Part shown: piece by piece, positions 12,141 through 24,344 of the stretch | How the letters are laid out: each line of letters starts with the position of its first letter | How positions within the stretch are numbered: the stretch's first letter is position 1 | NCBI GenBank assembly: GCA_040285855.1 | Contig: JAUFOQ010000016.1 | Location: 372,001 to 436,000 of the forward strand | Direction of reading: 5' to 3' | DNA from: Eukaryota sp. GEM-RC1 | Lineage: Eukaryota | DNA length: 64,000 bases | Made by a program: the position numbers and the translations under genes | The notes under the pieces: model-generated | The model's input: the letters and a program-made list of their open reading frames with translations, nothing else | The model's database searches: none | What the model was told of the DNA's origin: nothing

Positions 12141-12827
12141 AGATTTTACAAGTTGAAGAAAACAATGAAGCTTCAAACTCAGTGTTTTGTGATGATTAAT
12201 TACTGATCCTCCGATTCTAAAGAGAGTACATTATTTAAATGTTTTATGTATGAAGACGGAGTAGTCATTGGTAGGTTGCAGAGCTGCTTGGTACAAATAA
12301 AAAAATGACTGTGTAATTACACTACTAATAGGTCTGGTATTTTGCCACAAAAAAGTGTTGAGTGGTGCATAATTCCACAGTCTCCGAAATTATGAAATTG
12401 TGCTTGTAATACTAATTATAATAATAATATAAATAATTTACTTTCCAGTTCATAATTCAAGCTCTGTTTCTGACCACTTGTCGACTATCCATCAACAATG
12501 TGACTTACTTCAGGTGAGGAGCTGTAGTTCAAATTCGAATGTGATAATTTCACAGTTTGTTTCAGGTTCACCACTCATCATATCCTCATGTGTCTCTTCT
12601 CATGAATAACTCGACACACAACAACAGCCAATATCAATAAATGAAATGCAATACACAATTGAAGTCTGTACTAGAATTTTTAACATAGACTCGTACGAAC
12701 TGTTTGCCTTTTGGCGAAAGCATTGGTGAGGAAGAAACAAGTTAAGAGATGAGAAACGAAATCATCAGTTTTTTAAGAAAGTGTCATTTGACTGTAAAGT
12801 AAAGTATAAAAAACGGGGTTTATGATT

Positions 12828-13166
12828 CAGTGAACGCTAACACGTAACACGGCCTGACACGTAACACGCGTGTTAACACGTGTTAGGAATTTTCACTGAT
12901 CTCTAACATACAAATGTCGGTTACTATTTTCGGCCTGAATGATGTAAAATGCATTTTGCTGCCAAAATAATGAAATACGTCGTCTTAGAAGTCCCTTAAA
13001 GGGATATAGAGTATCGTGGGGATGAATGTGTAGAAGAAATGAGCTATTTATCGTCGAATCAGAAACCAGGAAAAAGACTTGTAACGCAAACACGTAACAC
13101 GTCCTAACACGTAACACGCGTGTTAACACGTGTTAGATTCGATTTTGAACGTGTTAACGTTCACTG
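12828..13166. mobile_element. hAT-like MITE, 339 bp
   Basis: TIR CAGTGAACG(C/T)TAACACGT. Flanking direct repeat TTTATGAT at 12819-12826 and 13167-13174, with one extra T on the left. Internal ACACGTAACACGCGTGTTAACACGTGTTAG repeats. Confidence 0.85.
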
Positions 13167-13299
13167 TTTATGATCAATCAGTGAAATAAATGCATTTGCA
13201 GAAGTTAATAACTAACTGTAAAGATAAGACTGAATAAAAGAATGTAATTTCTTATTAAAACTTCATTATTATTCTTACTAAAAACTAAAATCATCGTCT

Positions 13300-13790
13300 A
13301 CAGTGTCTCTGGAGTATACAACAACTCGTCTATCTGGTACATCATAAATTTGTTTAAACTGCATTTTGATAGAATCAGATTGAAGTATCACTCCATCATC
13401 AATCAGCAGTCAACAATGGATTTGATTGAAAACGCTGACCAGCAAAATCCCCACTGCCAATCGAGTGGAGAGATTCACAACGAGAAAGGTCCAATTAAAC
13501 AATACAATTATAGTAAAAGGCAGTGTCTCCAATGATTTTTAGTTCATTATTGAAAGTATCGTCGATCAATTCATTACTCATAAAGGCATTGAAACCTATA
13601 GTTGTTATACCATCTGGCAACACAACTGAAACCAGCTCTTGTCATCAACATTTATCATCAATTGCGGTAATCTCAACTCCATCCACTGTTGATGGTATCA
13701 CTAACTGAGAAAGATCGGCTGGTGCATGATAATCAGTTTTAGTGCTATTAACAATAGTCAATCTATTAGCATTCATTGAAACTGCTTTAG
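13300..13790 (-). pseudogene. BspA-like (TpLRR/LRR_5) protein fragment
   Basis: LVIPSTVDGVEITAIDDKC**QELVSVVLPDGITTIGFNAF...LKIIGDTAFYYN...LDLSRCESLHSIG, with in-frame stops. Confidence 0.75.
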
Positions 13791-13799
13791 TCTCACGAC

Positions 13800-14304
13800 T
13801 GAGAAATATATTTCTTTTCAAACAATATAAAGAGAAAGGGATTACATACACGCTTGGAACACTACTTCATGGACCAACTGGAACCGGTAAAACTTCATTT
13901 ATTAAATCATTTGCAAAACATACAAATAAAGATATACGTATCATGATGTTTTAATACGGAAGAATCCGTAGTGCAACATAAATTAAACGGTAAGAATTCT
14001 TTTATCGTATTCTAAAAATACTCAATGTAAGATACATAAGAAAGTTGACATGAGTGGATTGTTACATGCAATCGATGGAATAGTTGAAGGTAGTAGAAGA
14101 ATATTGGTAATGACAACTAATCATCCAGAAAAAATAGATCCCGCATTAAAACGTCCTAGTAGAATTGATATTGAGTTGAAAATGGATTACGCTACCAAGG
14201 ATGATGTAGAGAATATTTTGAAATTAATGTATGACTTAGATGATGTTACAATTGATTTCAATTTGAATGAATTAAGTCATGCAAAATTAGTAAGAAATAT
14301 ATGA
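13800..14304 (+). pseudogene. BCS1-like AAA+ ATPase fragment
   Basis: YKEKGITYTLGTLLHGPTGTGKTSFIK (Walker A) and SGLLHAIDG...RILVMTTNHPEKIDPALKRPSRID (second region of homology). The Walker B region is deleted. The segment is very AT-rich. Confidence 0.8.
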
Positions 14305-14576
14305 ACATATTTATGATATATTGAAATCAAATTTTAGTATTTTGCACTACATTTAAAAATAAATCTCCTGTTTCTTTGAAGAATCATCATAATGAGAACG
14401 CTTGTGTTGTTCCACCTCTTCAAAATGACCATTACAATCATTCAAAATGAAGTCCTTGTAGTCTTTTGTAAAGGAGCCGAATAATTAAAGTAATTTAAAA
14501 CATTGATTTTTTAACTGAATGCATAGATGTTCAGTTCAACAGTTTACTGTACATGTACTTGTTTGATAAATCTGGG

Positions 14577-16491
14577 TTAATAACTCAGTTCATTAGTGGT
14601 AATATTGACCAATGACAACATATCATTAAGAATTAATTTGATTTCTCGTAAAGAGGGACGATTCTTCGGTTCAGGTGAAACACTTTGATTAATAATAGAG
14701 TGAAGTGCTGCTGGAACATCATTGGGAAAATCCAAAGGAATTTGCTTCATTTTAACTCCAAATATTTGAGATGACGTGAGACCTTCATAAGCACTTTTAC
14801 CACAAAGAATTTCATACAAGACCATTCCTAGACTATAGACGTCACTTTCCTTAGTTAGAACATCATTCACTGTATCAAACACTTCAGGCGGTGCGTACTT
14901 AGGAGTGTGATGAAAAGAGGCAGTAGATGAAGTTTCATATAGATATTTAGCACTACCAAAATCGGATAATTTAACAACACCATTAACAATGAGAATATTG
15001 CCAGGTTTGATATCACCATGGATAATGTCTTTAGAATGAAGAAATTTTACTGCATTGACAACAGCAATAGCATGACTAAGAGTAGTGGCATTCAGGGAAG
15101 TTCCTACTCTGAGAGAATGAGATGCACGTTCCATGACGATTCCTAGTTTTCCGCCATCTCTGTAAGTCATTCCAAATACTCTGATAATACTAGGATGGTT
15201 GAGGACAGAGAGTTTAAGTAACTCACGTTTGAGACGACGTTGGCTTTCAACATCTGACATTCGTATAACTTTTATGGCAATATCAAGTCCATCCCACGAC
15301 CCAGCATAGATATCAGCTGTTCTTCCTGAAGCAATTATTTCGGAATTAATGAGTAATTCCATTTCTGGAATTTTGAAGAATGAATCACAATTCTGTACAG
15401 ATACAAATTCATTGTGTAAATCAACTATGCACTTGCACTCAGTTAATCGACAAATAGTACAGTTTTTAACATTGGAAGTGCAAAGATTAGAGAAGGAGCA
15501 GTCATCGGGGGAAACAGTGAGACGGTTAAGTATTAATTTGATTTCTCGTAGAGATGGGCGATTCTTCGGTTCAGGTGAAACACTTTGATTAATAATAGAG
15601 TGAAGTGCAGCTGGAACATCATTGGGAAAATCCAAAGGAATTTGCTTCATTTTAGCTCCAAATATTTGAGATGACGTGAGACCTTCATAAGCAATTTTAC
15701 CACAAAGAATTTCATACAAGACTATTCCTAGACTATAGACGTCACATTCTTTGGTAAGAGCATAATGATCATCAAAAACTTCAGGGGGGATCGTACCTAG
15801 GATTGTAATGAAAAGTAGAAGAGGACTGGTCCATTAAAAACTTAGCGCTGTCAAAATCAGATAATTTAGTAGTACCATTGACAATAAGGATGTTGGCAGG
15901 TTTGATACCGCCGTGGACAATGTCTCTTGAATGGAGAAATTCTAGTGCATTGACGACACCAATAGCATGACTAAGAGTGGTGGCATTCAAGGAAGTTCCT
16001 ACTCTGAGAGAATGAGATGCACGTTCCATGACGATTCCTAGTTTTCCGCCATCTCTGTAAGTCATTCCAAATACTCTGATAATACTAGGATGGTTGAGGA
16101 CAGAGAGTTTAAGTAACTCACGTTTGAGACGACGTTGGCTTTCAACATCTGACATTCGTATAACTTTTATGGCAATATCAAGTCCATACCAAGTTCCCGA
16201 GTAGACATCGGCCGTAGTACCAGATCCGATTAACTCAGGATTGACCAACAACTCCAAATCAGGAATTACAGGGAGGAGATCGCCAGATTGGATGTCCTCA
16301 ACAACATATTGCAAAGCAACATTGGATTTACATTCAGGAAGACAAGGTAAACGACAAGTGGGACAGGTTGTGACGATGGAAGCACACGTTTGACAAAAGC
16401 AATGGTTGTCAGAACAAACTATGACTGGGATTCGATGTATCAGATCATATTCCTCTCTGCAGACATTACAAGTGATATTAGTTGGGACCAT
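14577..16491 (-). CDS. RING finger + tandem TKL-like kinase domains (pseudokinase then kinase); frameshift at about 15783-15789
   Basis: RING CNVC...CSDNHCFCQTC...CPTC. Domain 1 has HGGIKP/DFD; domain 2 has HGDIKP/DFG. YDPP*-to-PEVFD needs removal of one C from a C6 run. Confidence 0.85.
14631..16187. repeat. Intragenic duplication of about 900 bp covering the kinase domain
   Basis: 14631-14845 is near-identical to 15531-15745, and 15066-15292 is near-identical to 15961-16187. Confidence 0.92.
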
Positions 16492-16903
16492 GATGTCTTT
16501 GGTAGGTAAGCTCGAAGTTTCTAGCAGCACTTTGTAAAATGTAGATTCAAAAATTTTCCCTAGTTTGGTCAAAAAATTCAACTGATGGACTCAAGCAAGG
16601 AAGTATCTGATGGTGATGCTTCGACATGATTAAAGAGAAAGTTCTGAATTATCAGAGATTTTTCAGATTCTCCAAGTTAAGCAAAAACAATGAGCATCCT
16701 TACCAAGCCGATCGCAAATGGAAGGGCAGAAAAACACTGGAATTGTCTTTCAAATAATCACTCAAAAAAGCGAAATAAATCTTGATAATTGGAAAAAATG
16801 GAGGTGCTTGTATTAGGTTCATATTCCAAAAAGTAAAAAACACAGAAAATTTACAAGAACCTCAAATAAATCACAGTAACCATTTACAACAAAAAAACTA
16901 ATA

Positions 16904-18430
16904 CTAATCCTTGGGAACAAAAGTAAACCCAGCTAAATGAATCTCACTACGAGATCTTTTCCTGGTAGACATTACCGGCGACGGACTCTCTATTGTAGGT
17001 GCAATATCCTCAAAAGATCGCCGTGGCATATTCCCCCTAGGAGTTGATAAACTTCGGACAACTCTTGACTTTGGACGTTTTTGCACAGAAGTTTTTGGTA
17101 TCGGACCAATTTTTAAATCGTCCATGCACAATTCAACAGGAGACAAAGAGCCCAAATCAAAACATTCCACTGGTGAAAACATTGGGGTTGGTGGCAACAC
17201 TGACACTGAATGACAATGAATAACTTTTGGTGACGTGGAATCTTGCTCAAGAGCCACAGGTTGAATCACATCCTTTGGAGGTTCCCCATCTAACACCACA
17301 GCATCAGGGAAGTAAGCTAAGTCTGAAGGAGACTTCAAGAAAGACTTTGGTACAAAAGGGGGACATGTTTCATGAATATTATCAACATTAATACTTGAAA
17401 AGAAGTCGTGACGTAGAATTTGATCCATTGGTATTCTTTTTCTTGGTTCAACTTCCAACAAACACTTTAACAAATTCCAACACGATTCAGAAACTCCTTC
17501 AGGTCTCTCAATCTTCCCTTCCCCTACTACATTCTCTTCAAAAGGAGGAACTCCCGCTAGAAGTTCATACAGGATACAGCCAAGTGACCAGGCGTCTAAG
17601 GAACGACCGTGATCAAAAATCAAGTCTGATCCCTTCTTTTGTGACACGTCATCAATCAGTTCAGGTGCCATGTAATTAGGAGTACCAACTACAGAAAAAA
17701 CAAGATTCTGAGGTATGTCCCCAGAATTATCTTGACTATTAGAGAAAGTCTTGGAAAGTCCAAAATCAGCTAACTTCAAATGACCATCAATATCTATCAG
17801 AAAATTGTCTGGTTTCAAATCTCGATGCAAATATCCTTTCAAATGAAGCTCATTTACTGACAGAACCATCTCAGAGAAGTAAAACCTAGCAGCTTCCTCA
17901 GACATAACCCCCAGCTCGTCCAAGAGAGTAGAGAGAGAGCCACCAGAGATGAAGTCCATGACAAGAAAGAGAGAGTCGTGGTCTTGGAAGGCGAATCTGA
18001 GAGAGACAAAGCGACCACTTCCACTGTGGGCTAGGATGGTGCGTTCTGTACGGATACGGACGATGTTGTCGTTAGAGAGACAGTTTTTTTTAATGTGTTT
18101 AAGTGCATAGTAAAGAGAGGGGTCTGATTTACGGGTGACAAGGTAGACGGTGGCAAAGGCTCCGTGGCCTATTTTAGCCAGCCAATTGAAGTCAAAGATG
18201 GTGAGTTGAACTCGTTGGAGTCGGAGAATTGAGCGTTCTCTGTTGACATGTTCCTCCATGAGGAGAGAAGCCCTCAGAGATTCAGAGGCAGAAATCATGC
18301 GATCAAGACTAGCATGAAGTTGTTCTCGGCGGTACTGCCGTTGTTTTGAGAGATAGAGGTAATTGAGGTAGTATTTGTCTATGAAATCTATGTAGTCTGC
18401 GGCTTTCTCTTGTGGAGAAAGGCCATCCAT
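16904..18430 (-). CDS. AGC-family Ser/Thr kinase, NDR/Dbf2-like
   Basis: N-terminal regulatory segment ERSILRLQRVQL, GHGAFATV, HRDLKPDNFL, DFGLSK, FSVVGTPNYMAPE and C-terminal AGFTF hydrophobic motif. First ATG at 18430. Confidence 0.88.
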   Translation of the reverse strand: MDGLSPQEKAADYIDFIDKYYLNYLYLSKQRQYRREQLHASLDRMISASESLRASLLMEEHVNRERSILRLQRVQLTIFDFNWLAKIGHGAFATVYLVTRKSDPSLYYALKHIKKNCLSNDNIVRIRTERTILAHSGSGRFVSLRFAFQDHDSLFLVMDFISGGSLSTLLDELGVMSEEAARFYFSEMVLSVNELHLKGYLHRDLKPDNFLIDIDGHLKLADFGLSKTFSNSQDNSGDIPQNLVFSVVGTPNYMAPELIDDVSQKKGSDLIFDHGRSLDAWSLGCILYELLAGVPPFEENVVGEGKIERPEGVSESCWNLLKCLLEVEPRKRIPMDQILRHDFFSSINVDNIHETCPPFVPKSFLKSPSDLAYFPDAVVLDGEPPKDVIQPVALEQDSTSPKVIHCHSVSVLPPTPMFSPVECFDLGSLSPVELCMDDLKIGPIPKTSVQKRPKSRVVRSLSTPRGNMPRRSFEDIAPTIESPSPVMSTRKRSRSEIHLAGFTFVPKD

Positions 18431-18508
18431 AACAGTTTTTTTGAAGTGTTGGATGACGGCAAAAATTTCCTTGACAGATTTTTTCTTTTCCACGAAAACA
18501 CTTCGTTG

Positions 18509-19375
18509 ATGAGCATAGTCTTATTAAATCAATCAACTCAGCATGAATACTCAGGCTTCACAGCTAAGCAACTCTTATTAAAATTTCCTAATGCTGCTTT
18601 CACCACTGCTCGAACTTTTCAACGATCAAAGATTCTTTGCTTCTCCCATCATGTTTCTCGTCTAATTACAAGCTCAAAAGGTGCAATAGATAGCCACCAT
18701 CTCCCGTCAGAAGATTTACTTCAGAAACAAATACGTCTTACTTTCTCTTCAGCAATTCTTTCTGCTTCCGATGTCATTCATTCTTCGGAAGAACTCCGCA
18801 TCACCATCATCGTCACTTTCTTTGATGACAAGCTTCTCTATATAAGCCACACAGCTGCTCTTCCTCCACTTCCTAAGTCTCCTATCACTGTCCGTGCTCA
18901 ACCTTATCAACGACCACACGCTGAACTTAAAACCACTGCTTGGGTTGCTGAACGTCAACGTCTTGAACAACACATCAATGACTCTGTCCACGAAGTTGTT
19001 CTCTTTGAACCACGATCTGATGGCAACTTCCTCTATGAAGGTCTATCATCCAATGTATTTGGTCTAGTCAAGGTCAACTCCCAAGTGATCCTCCAAACTT
19101 GCCGTGAAGGACTTGTTCTAGGGGGAACTATTAGAAGAATGGTGATGAAAGCAGCAGAGAGCATTGGAATTGTAGTTGAGGAAGAGTGTCCTCAGATTTC
19201 TGAATCTTTAGAAGCGTTGTTTATTACTAGTACTTCGCGATTGGTTCTTCCTGTAGGAGTTTTAATTGATGATGGTCACGAGTTTCTATTGAATTCTCAA
19301 GAAAATGAGTGGGTTTGTAAATTGATGAAAAGGGTGATGTATTTGATTGATGAAGAATCTGAGTTGGTAGTTTGA
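18509..19375 (+). CDS. Aminotransferase class IV-like (PLP fold IV) protein
   Basis: AFTTART, HVSRL, RPHAELKTTAWV, YEGLSSNVF, VLGGTIRRMV and FITSTSRLVLPV. Confidence 0.85.
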   Translation: MSIVLLNQSTQHEYSGFTAKQLLLKFPNAAFTTARTFQRSKILCFSHHVSRLITSSKGAIDSHHLPSEDLLQKQIRLTFSSAILSASDVIHSSEELRITIIVTFFDDKLLYISHTAALPPLPKSPITVRAQPYQRPHAELKTTAWVAERQRLEQHINDSVHEVVLFEPRSDGNFLYEGLSSNVFGLVKVNSQVILQTCREGLVLGGTIRRMVMKAAESIGIVVEEECPQISESLEALFITSTSRLVLPVGVLIDDGHEFLLNSQENEWVCKLMKRVMYLIDEESELVV

Positions 19376-20225
19376 TTGGTTATGTAGTTTTGATTTTGGC
19401 TCTGTTTATTGTCTTGCCTGTGATCAATTGAATTATTAAATAGTAATCTTTTGTATTCAATTTCTTTGAGGCAATCACCAAACATAGAATTGAACAAAGT
19501 TTGGGTTGTAATTCACATCCCAATCTTTCTAATGAATTATACCATTCTAGCAAGTAGCTGCCACCAACAGTTTGATAAATGGAATCAACAGACTAAAAAA
19601 CGATCGGTCGATCGTAGATTAATTAAGGTTATCACATCCAACATTCGTTTCAAGCTGAGATGTCGCATCAACAGTTCGACCATGAGTAGAAAGAGGATGG
19701 AACAATCACAAATTAATAGAAAAGGTTGAGAATCGTCTCTGAAGTTGATATCAATTCTGTTTTGTTTCTGTTTTAATGTGGTTAAAATCAGTGAAGAGAA
19801 TGGTGTAATATGTGGTATTGTTTGATTAGGAGAAAAACAGTTAACAGTTGAGTGTTTCAATTTGAGACACTGGAAGTCAAGCGAAGTCAAGCGGCACCAA
19901 GGATTGACTTTAAGAACCGATTCAAGTGATGGCGGGCCAAATTTCGGTAACAGACACTTGAACACGTTTCTACTACACAGTTCAACAACATGTCGTAGGG
20001 TAATTTCATTGTTCATTGTATCACCCAAATACTAGTAAACATATAATGTTTCCTATCACTTGTTAGCCACATGTTATGTCATAGACTTTGTACATTTTAT
20101 TTATAAACATTTTTCTTAATCCTTTTTTCTTCAGTTAAATCATCTCGAATCCGAAACTGTTACATTTTCATTACCCTAACCATAAACGAACTCTTTTCGA
20201 ATGTTCAAAGAGTACCCACTTCGTT

Positions 20226-21789
20226 CTATTCTGTATCAGCAACAGGGAGCTGTCGCCAGCCAACACACAAAGTGATTCGCCCAGTTGGTGTTTCAATCAT
20301 CCGATGTCTGGTGTCAGAGTTAACAGATTCAGCACTAAGATAAATGGTGGAAATTGTGGAATTGACTTTTAACGTTTCAGATAACGAAATAACACCTTCA
20401 TCTCCAATAGAGTTTGAACTGAGATCAACACTAGAAATTGTAGAATTATTCTTTAACATGGTAGCTAGTGCAACGGCACCTTCATCTCCAATAGAGTTTG
20501 AACTGAGATCAACACTAGAAATTGTAGAATTAACCTTTAACATGGTAGCTAGTGCAACGGCACCTTCATCTCCAATAAAGGCACCACTTAGATTAATGCT
20601 AGTAATTGTCGGGTTGACTTTCAACGCTTCCAGTACAGCCAACAATTTTGATAGAGTCACATCGTCATCATAGCCAAAATCTAGAATTCTTAGACGAGAA
20701 AAATAAAAAGGAGAAGAAGGCTTAAGAAAATCAAAATTATGAACATAATCCCAACTCAATGCTAGTCCTGTGATAACGTCAGAACATTGACTGAGATCGT
20801 CAAGATTGGAAGAATCAAGGCCAAAGAAGATAGATTTGATTGTAGCTTCAAATATGGAAGCCACGTGGTATAGTTGAGGAAGAGTGGACCTATAGACAAA
20901 AAAGTACTTGTTTCAAGGAACGACTTAGCTGAAAGCATGGTAGATTCATAGAAACGTGTACTGACGTACCCAACTTTTTGATAAAAATGAATAGCTGTTT
21001 TTTGAGACAACACAAGTTGGTATCGCCAACACAATAACAGTTCCAATTTTCATCAAAGCTAAGCCCCATAAGATGAGGCATGTACTAGATAATTTTCATC
21101 ATTAGAGATTGCTGAAGAACAACTGAAATGGATGGAGTATCATCAATGCAAGAGGTTCCCTGGACCTGGGAGGTTGATGAAGATAAATCACTTGAAAGGG
21201 ACGTTGACTTGTCAACTACAGGTGAAGTAGACCGAGGTGAACAATCGTGTGTTGATAAACTGTCATTTGTGTTATTTCCTTTAGATACAGTGTCAGAACT
21301 CTGGGAGTTAACATTTGTGTCTAGTTTGGAGGCCTTTGGATTAAAGGGCTTTGCAGAACGAGATAACTCAGAAAACTTGTTCACTGGTTTAGAAGCAGAT
21401 GGCACTTTACAATGAAGATCTGTGGATGACGAAATGGTCATGTTTTGTAAGGATTGAAAACCAAGCAAAAATTGGCGTGTGTTAATGTAGGTGAGTTAGT
21501 GCCTCGTCAGCACTCCATTCGTACAAGACTTGTACGAATGGAGTACTACAAGTGTTAGTGTTAATAAAATCATCGGTACTTCTCTAAGCTGCAACTGCTT
21601 TATAACAGACGTCAATAATGTACATGTACTTACACTAACTAATAATGAGACAAGCATTGAGACATGTTCTTCCGAACAAATTGCCCAACAACATGCAATA
21701 TTGCAGGACCAGCCACTATGGCCGCGAGTAAAACAACTCGTTTTGCAAAAAGATGACTTTGTACAAATAGAATTACGACAAATTTTCAA
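20226..21789 (-). pseudogene. Ribonuclease-inhibitor-type LRR protein, disrupted by an in-frame TAG (21085-7) and frameshifts
   Basis: Consecutive ORF pieces lead into 28-aa repeats LKVNSTISSVDLSSNSIGDEGAVALA (84-bp DNA repeats at 20394-20577). Confidence 0.7.
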
Positions 21790-22121
21790 CCAAGCTTATA
21801 CAATATTTGGAAATCCGAGCTCTCACAAAAAGACACCAAAATTTCTGGAACTGGTTACATGAAAGAAAGAGCTGAGTGGTTTAGTTATCAATAGGGAAGA
21901 GATCAATTTCTCTTCCCATGGAAGTCACTACAAAGGTACAGCGTTACATATTAACTGTGTACATAACCGTATGACCCAGATACAGCTCTCATCTCCAGCT
22001 TGCTATTCATGTCATCGCACAATATCTCTTATCGGTTCTAGTTATTGAGAAAACAGATTATGACATACTAGCAGTTACCCTCATTCCTCTCGCTGCTCTG
22101 TTTGCCATCAGCATCGCTGTC

Positions 22122-23204
22122 ATGGTTCTCTTCAAAGCACAACAGCGTTGGCTTCAAGTCTCCTTCTTCTTATATGCTTTCATTATCGTGGTGGAACTAT
22201 CTCTTCTGGTCTTCATCACCACCAGAATCTTTACTCCGATCCTTCTCTACACAAACATCTTTGGCATTCTGTTCACTCTTGTTTCCTTTCATTCTCTGTA
22301 TTCTCTCTTTTGGACACCTCTTCTGGATCGTCAATTCGAGAAAATCATTGCTGAAAAGAGGTCAATATTAACCTTGACTGTTGACGAAGATCACGCTGTC
22401 CCTTGGACTTTTGCTACCAACGTTCTTGCTCGAAAAGCTCGCTACTCCAAAGTTCTTTTCTCCTCTGTCTTCTCTCCGGTAGCTTTGATTGCTGCTTCTA
22501 TTATAACCATCTCTTCAGACTTTTCCATGTCCGCTCTCGAACAATTGTCATTGATTATTGCTTGTTGGTTTGGTTTGATCTCTATTACAGAAGGATGTTT
22601 GGTGTTTGTGTCTTTCGGGAGATATTTGAAAATGTTACACGAAAAGAGAAATATAAAAAATGGGATCCCGAAGTTTGTCAAGTCGCTTATTATATACGAC
22701 TATTTCTTCCGCTTTCCTCTAATGTTTATCTTGTCGAGTATGTTTATTCTATTCGTCTTTTTTAAAATTTTCAAGGTCTATGACTCCTTCCCTTCAGCTC
22801 ACCAGTTATTAGATTCGTACAATCAAGTGTTTATTACTTTGAACAACATTACAGATGCAGTGAAACTACTACTACGTGCCGTGTTTGCTGGTGTACTTGG
22901 GTACCCAATTGTGGCATTCCTTGATCGTGAAAATATTCACACATTTTTCAAATTTCTTGCGACTGTTCTGTCAGTTTTCGTCATTGTTATTCTCGGATTG
23001 CCTTTCTTTGATTCAATGGTGATCTTTGTTTCTCTTCCCTTGTATTTCGATTATCATTTCGGATTTGTGTCACGTTGTTTTATTGAAATTATGGTGGTGC
23101 TTTTTGGAAACATGATTGGTCTTTGTATAGCAATGTATCTATTTTTAGATAAAAGCCAAACTGATGACGTGGCGACTGGTGATTGCTACCAGGAAATGGT
23201 CTAG
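22122..23204 (+). CDS. Multi-pass membrane protein, function unknown
   Basis: 360-aa ATG-initiated ORF with about 8-9 hydrophobic segments. Confidence 0.7.
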   Translation: MVLFKAQQRWLQVSFFLYAFIIVVELSLLVFITTRIFTPILLYTNIFGILFTLVSFHSLYSLFWTPLLDRQFEKIIAEKRSILTLTVDEDHAVPWTFATNVLARKARYSKVLFSSVFSPVALIAASIITISSDFSMSALEQLSLIIACWFGLISITEGCLVFVSFGRYLKMLHEKRNIKNGIPKFVKSLIIYDYFFRFPLMFILSSMFILFVFFKIFKVYDSFPSAHQLLDSYNQVFITLNNITDAVKLLLRAVFAGVLGYPIVAFLDRENIHTFFKFLATVLSVFVIVILGLPFFDSMVIFVSLPLYFDYHFGFVSRCFIEIMVVLFGNMIGLCIAMYLFLDKSQTDDVATGDCYQEMV

Positions 23205-24344
23205 TGTATTTATTATTGTATTTATAAATTATTCATTAAAACTTCTTTTCTGTAAATCAGACTGAACTTGATCTAGAATTCCAATTCGTTGTCATTATCA
23301 CCGAATTTTAAACGATTAAAATCAGTAGCTATGTCATGATTCTACTTATATTCAGTCGGTATGATTTCAATAGCGCATATATGAGCGACCTCTCTAAAGT
23401 CAAATCAAAGTCATTATCATGTTGAACTAATGGTTGAACATTGTGTACTAAATCTCCAAAGTCTTTTTACAGGACACTTTCTTTGCCTTTTCAAGTCGTT
23501 CTCCAATATTTATCACGGTCTTACGGCGAATTGCTTTTAATACAACGATAACATTTTGACTTTTTTCTTTCTTAAGTGAGTTGTTCAACGACTTACTTAA
23601 CTATTAGTAAAGGGGCTGTTGCTATTCTCCAATATCAGACAACCAATCTAGAATTACAAGTATTAGTTGTCGTTAGGTACCAACGAATTAAAATTAAGTT
23701 GCCGTTAGGTCAACGAATAAAGGACAAAGAAGTGTTTATTCTTAAAAGGGAAATCCTTCAGACTAAATGTCACGTCATCAGATGTGAAGTTCTACTAGGA
23801 GTTCCACTAGCATATTTTTGTCTTGAGTTCAACATGAAGTGACTCTCCACTTTCTACTACCACTTCAAACGACACTAATACTAGTTCCAGATAATTCCCA
23901 GCTCTTCCAATACCTTCTCACTTCCCTCATTTACCAGTGGATCAACTCTCTGGTACTCTCTCTATCTGCCACCGGAGCTTGTGTTGTTTCCAATTCTGCT
24001 TCTTGTCGATTTTTACTTATGCTTTCAATGAGCATTAAATTGATCACCTCCCCCTCAAGGAGAGGGAAATCACGTCATCCTTCTTAGATCGCTTTGAAAG
24101 AGAAGAAGATGAACTACTTTCCTTGGTCTCTACCTATCCTTCTTGAGAGTCTATTGATCTTCTCCCTGTCTATCTTCAATGTCTTTTTCTTCTGTCTTTC
24201 ATTGTCAACGACCATCAAGTACTACTACTTCCTATGCTTAAAAGATGACGTGCTTTATGACCTAAAGGTAAACAATTTTGAATTAGTAGTTGTATCGGTC
24301 TTTCTTTAATTTTAATTTCAGTTGTTTTTGTTTTTATTTTATTA

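Noticed and set aside
12828..13166. CRISPR-like or regulatory repeat array
   Set aside because: No regular repeat-spacer period; TIRs and a target duplication identify a MITE.
15781..15789. CCC-TGA shifty-stop programmed +1 frameshift
   Set aside because: The paralogous domain reads CCG CCT GAA; an extra C in a C run is the simpler explanation.
18410..18493. Overlap between kinase and aminotransferase ORFs
   Set aside because: Artefact of non-ATG starts in the ORF track; the first ATGs (18430, 18509) do not overlap.
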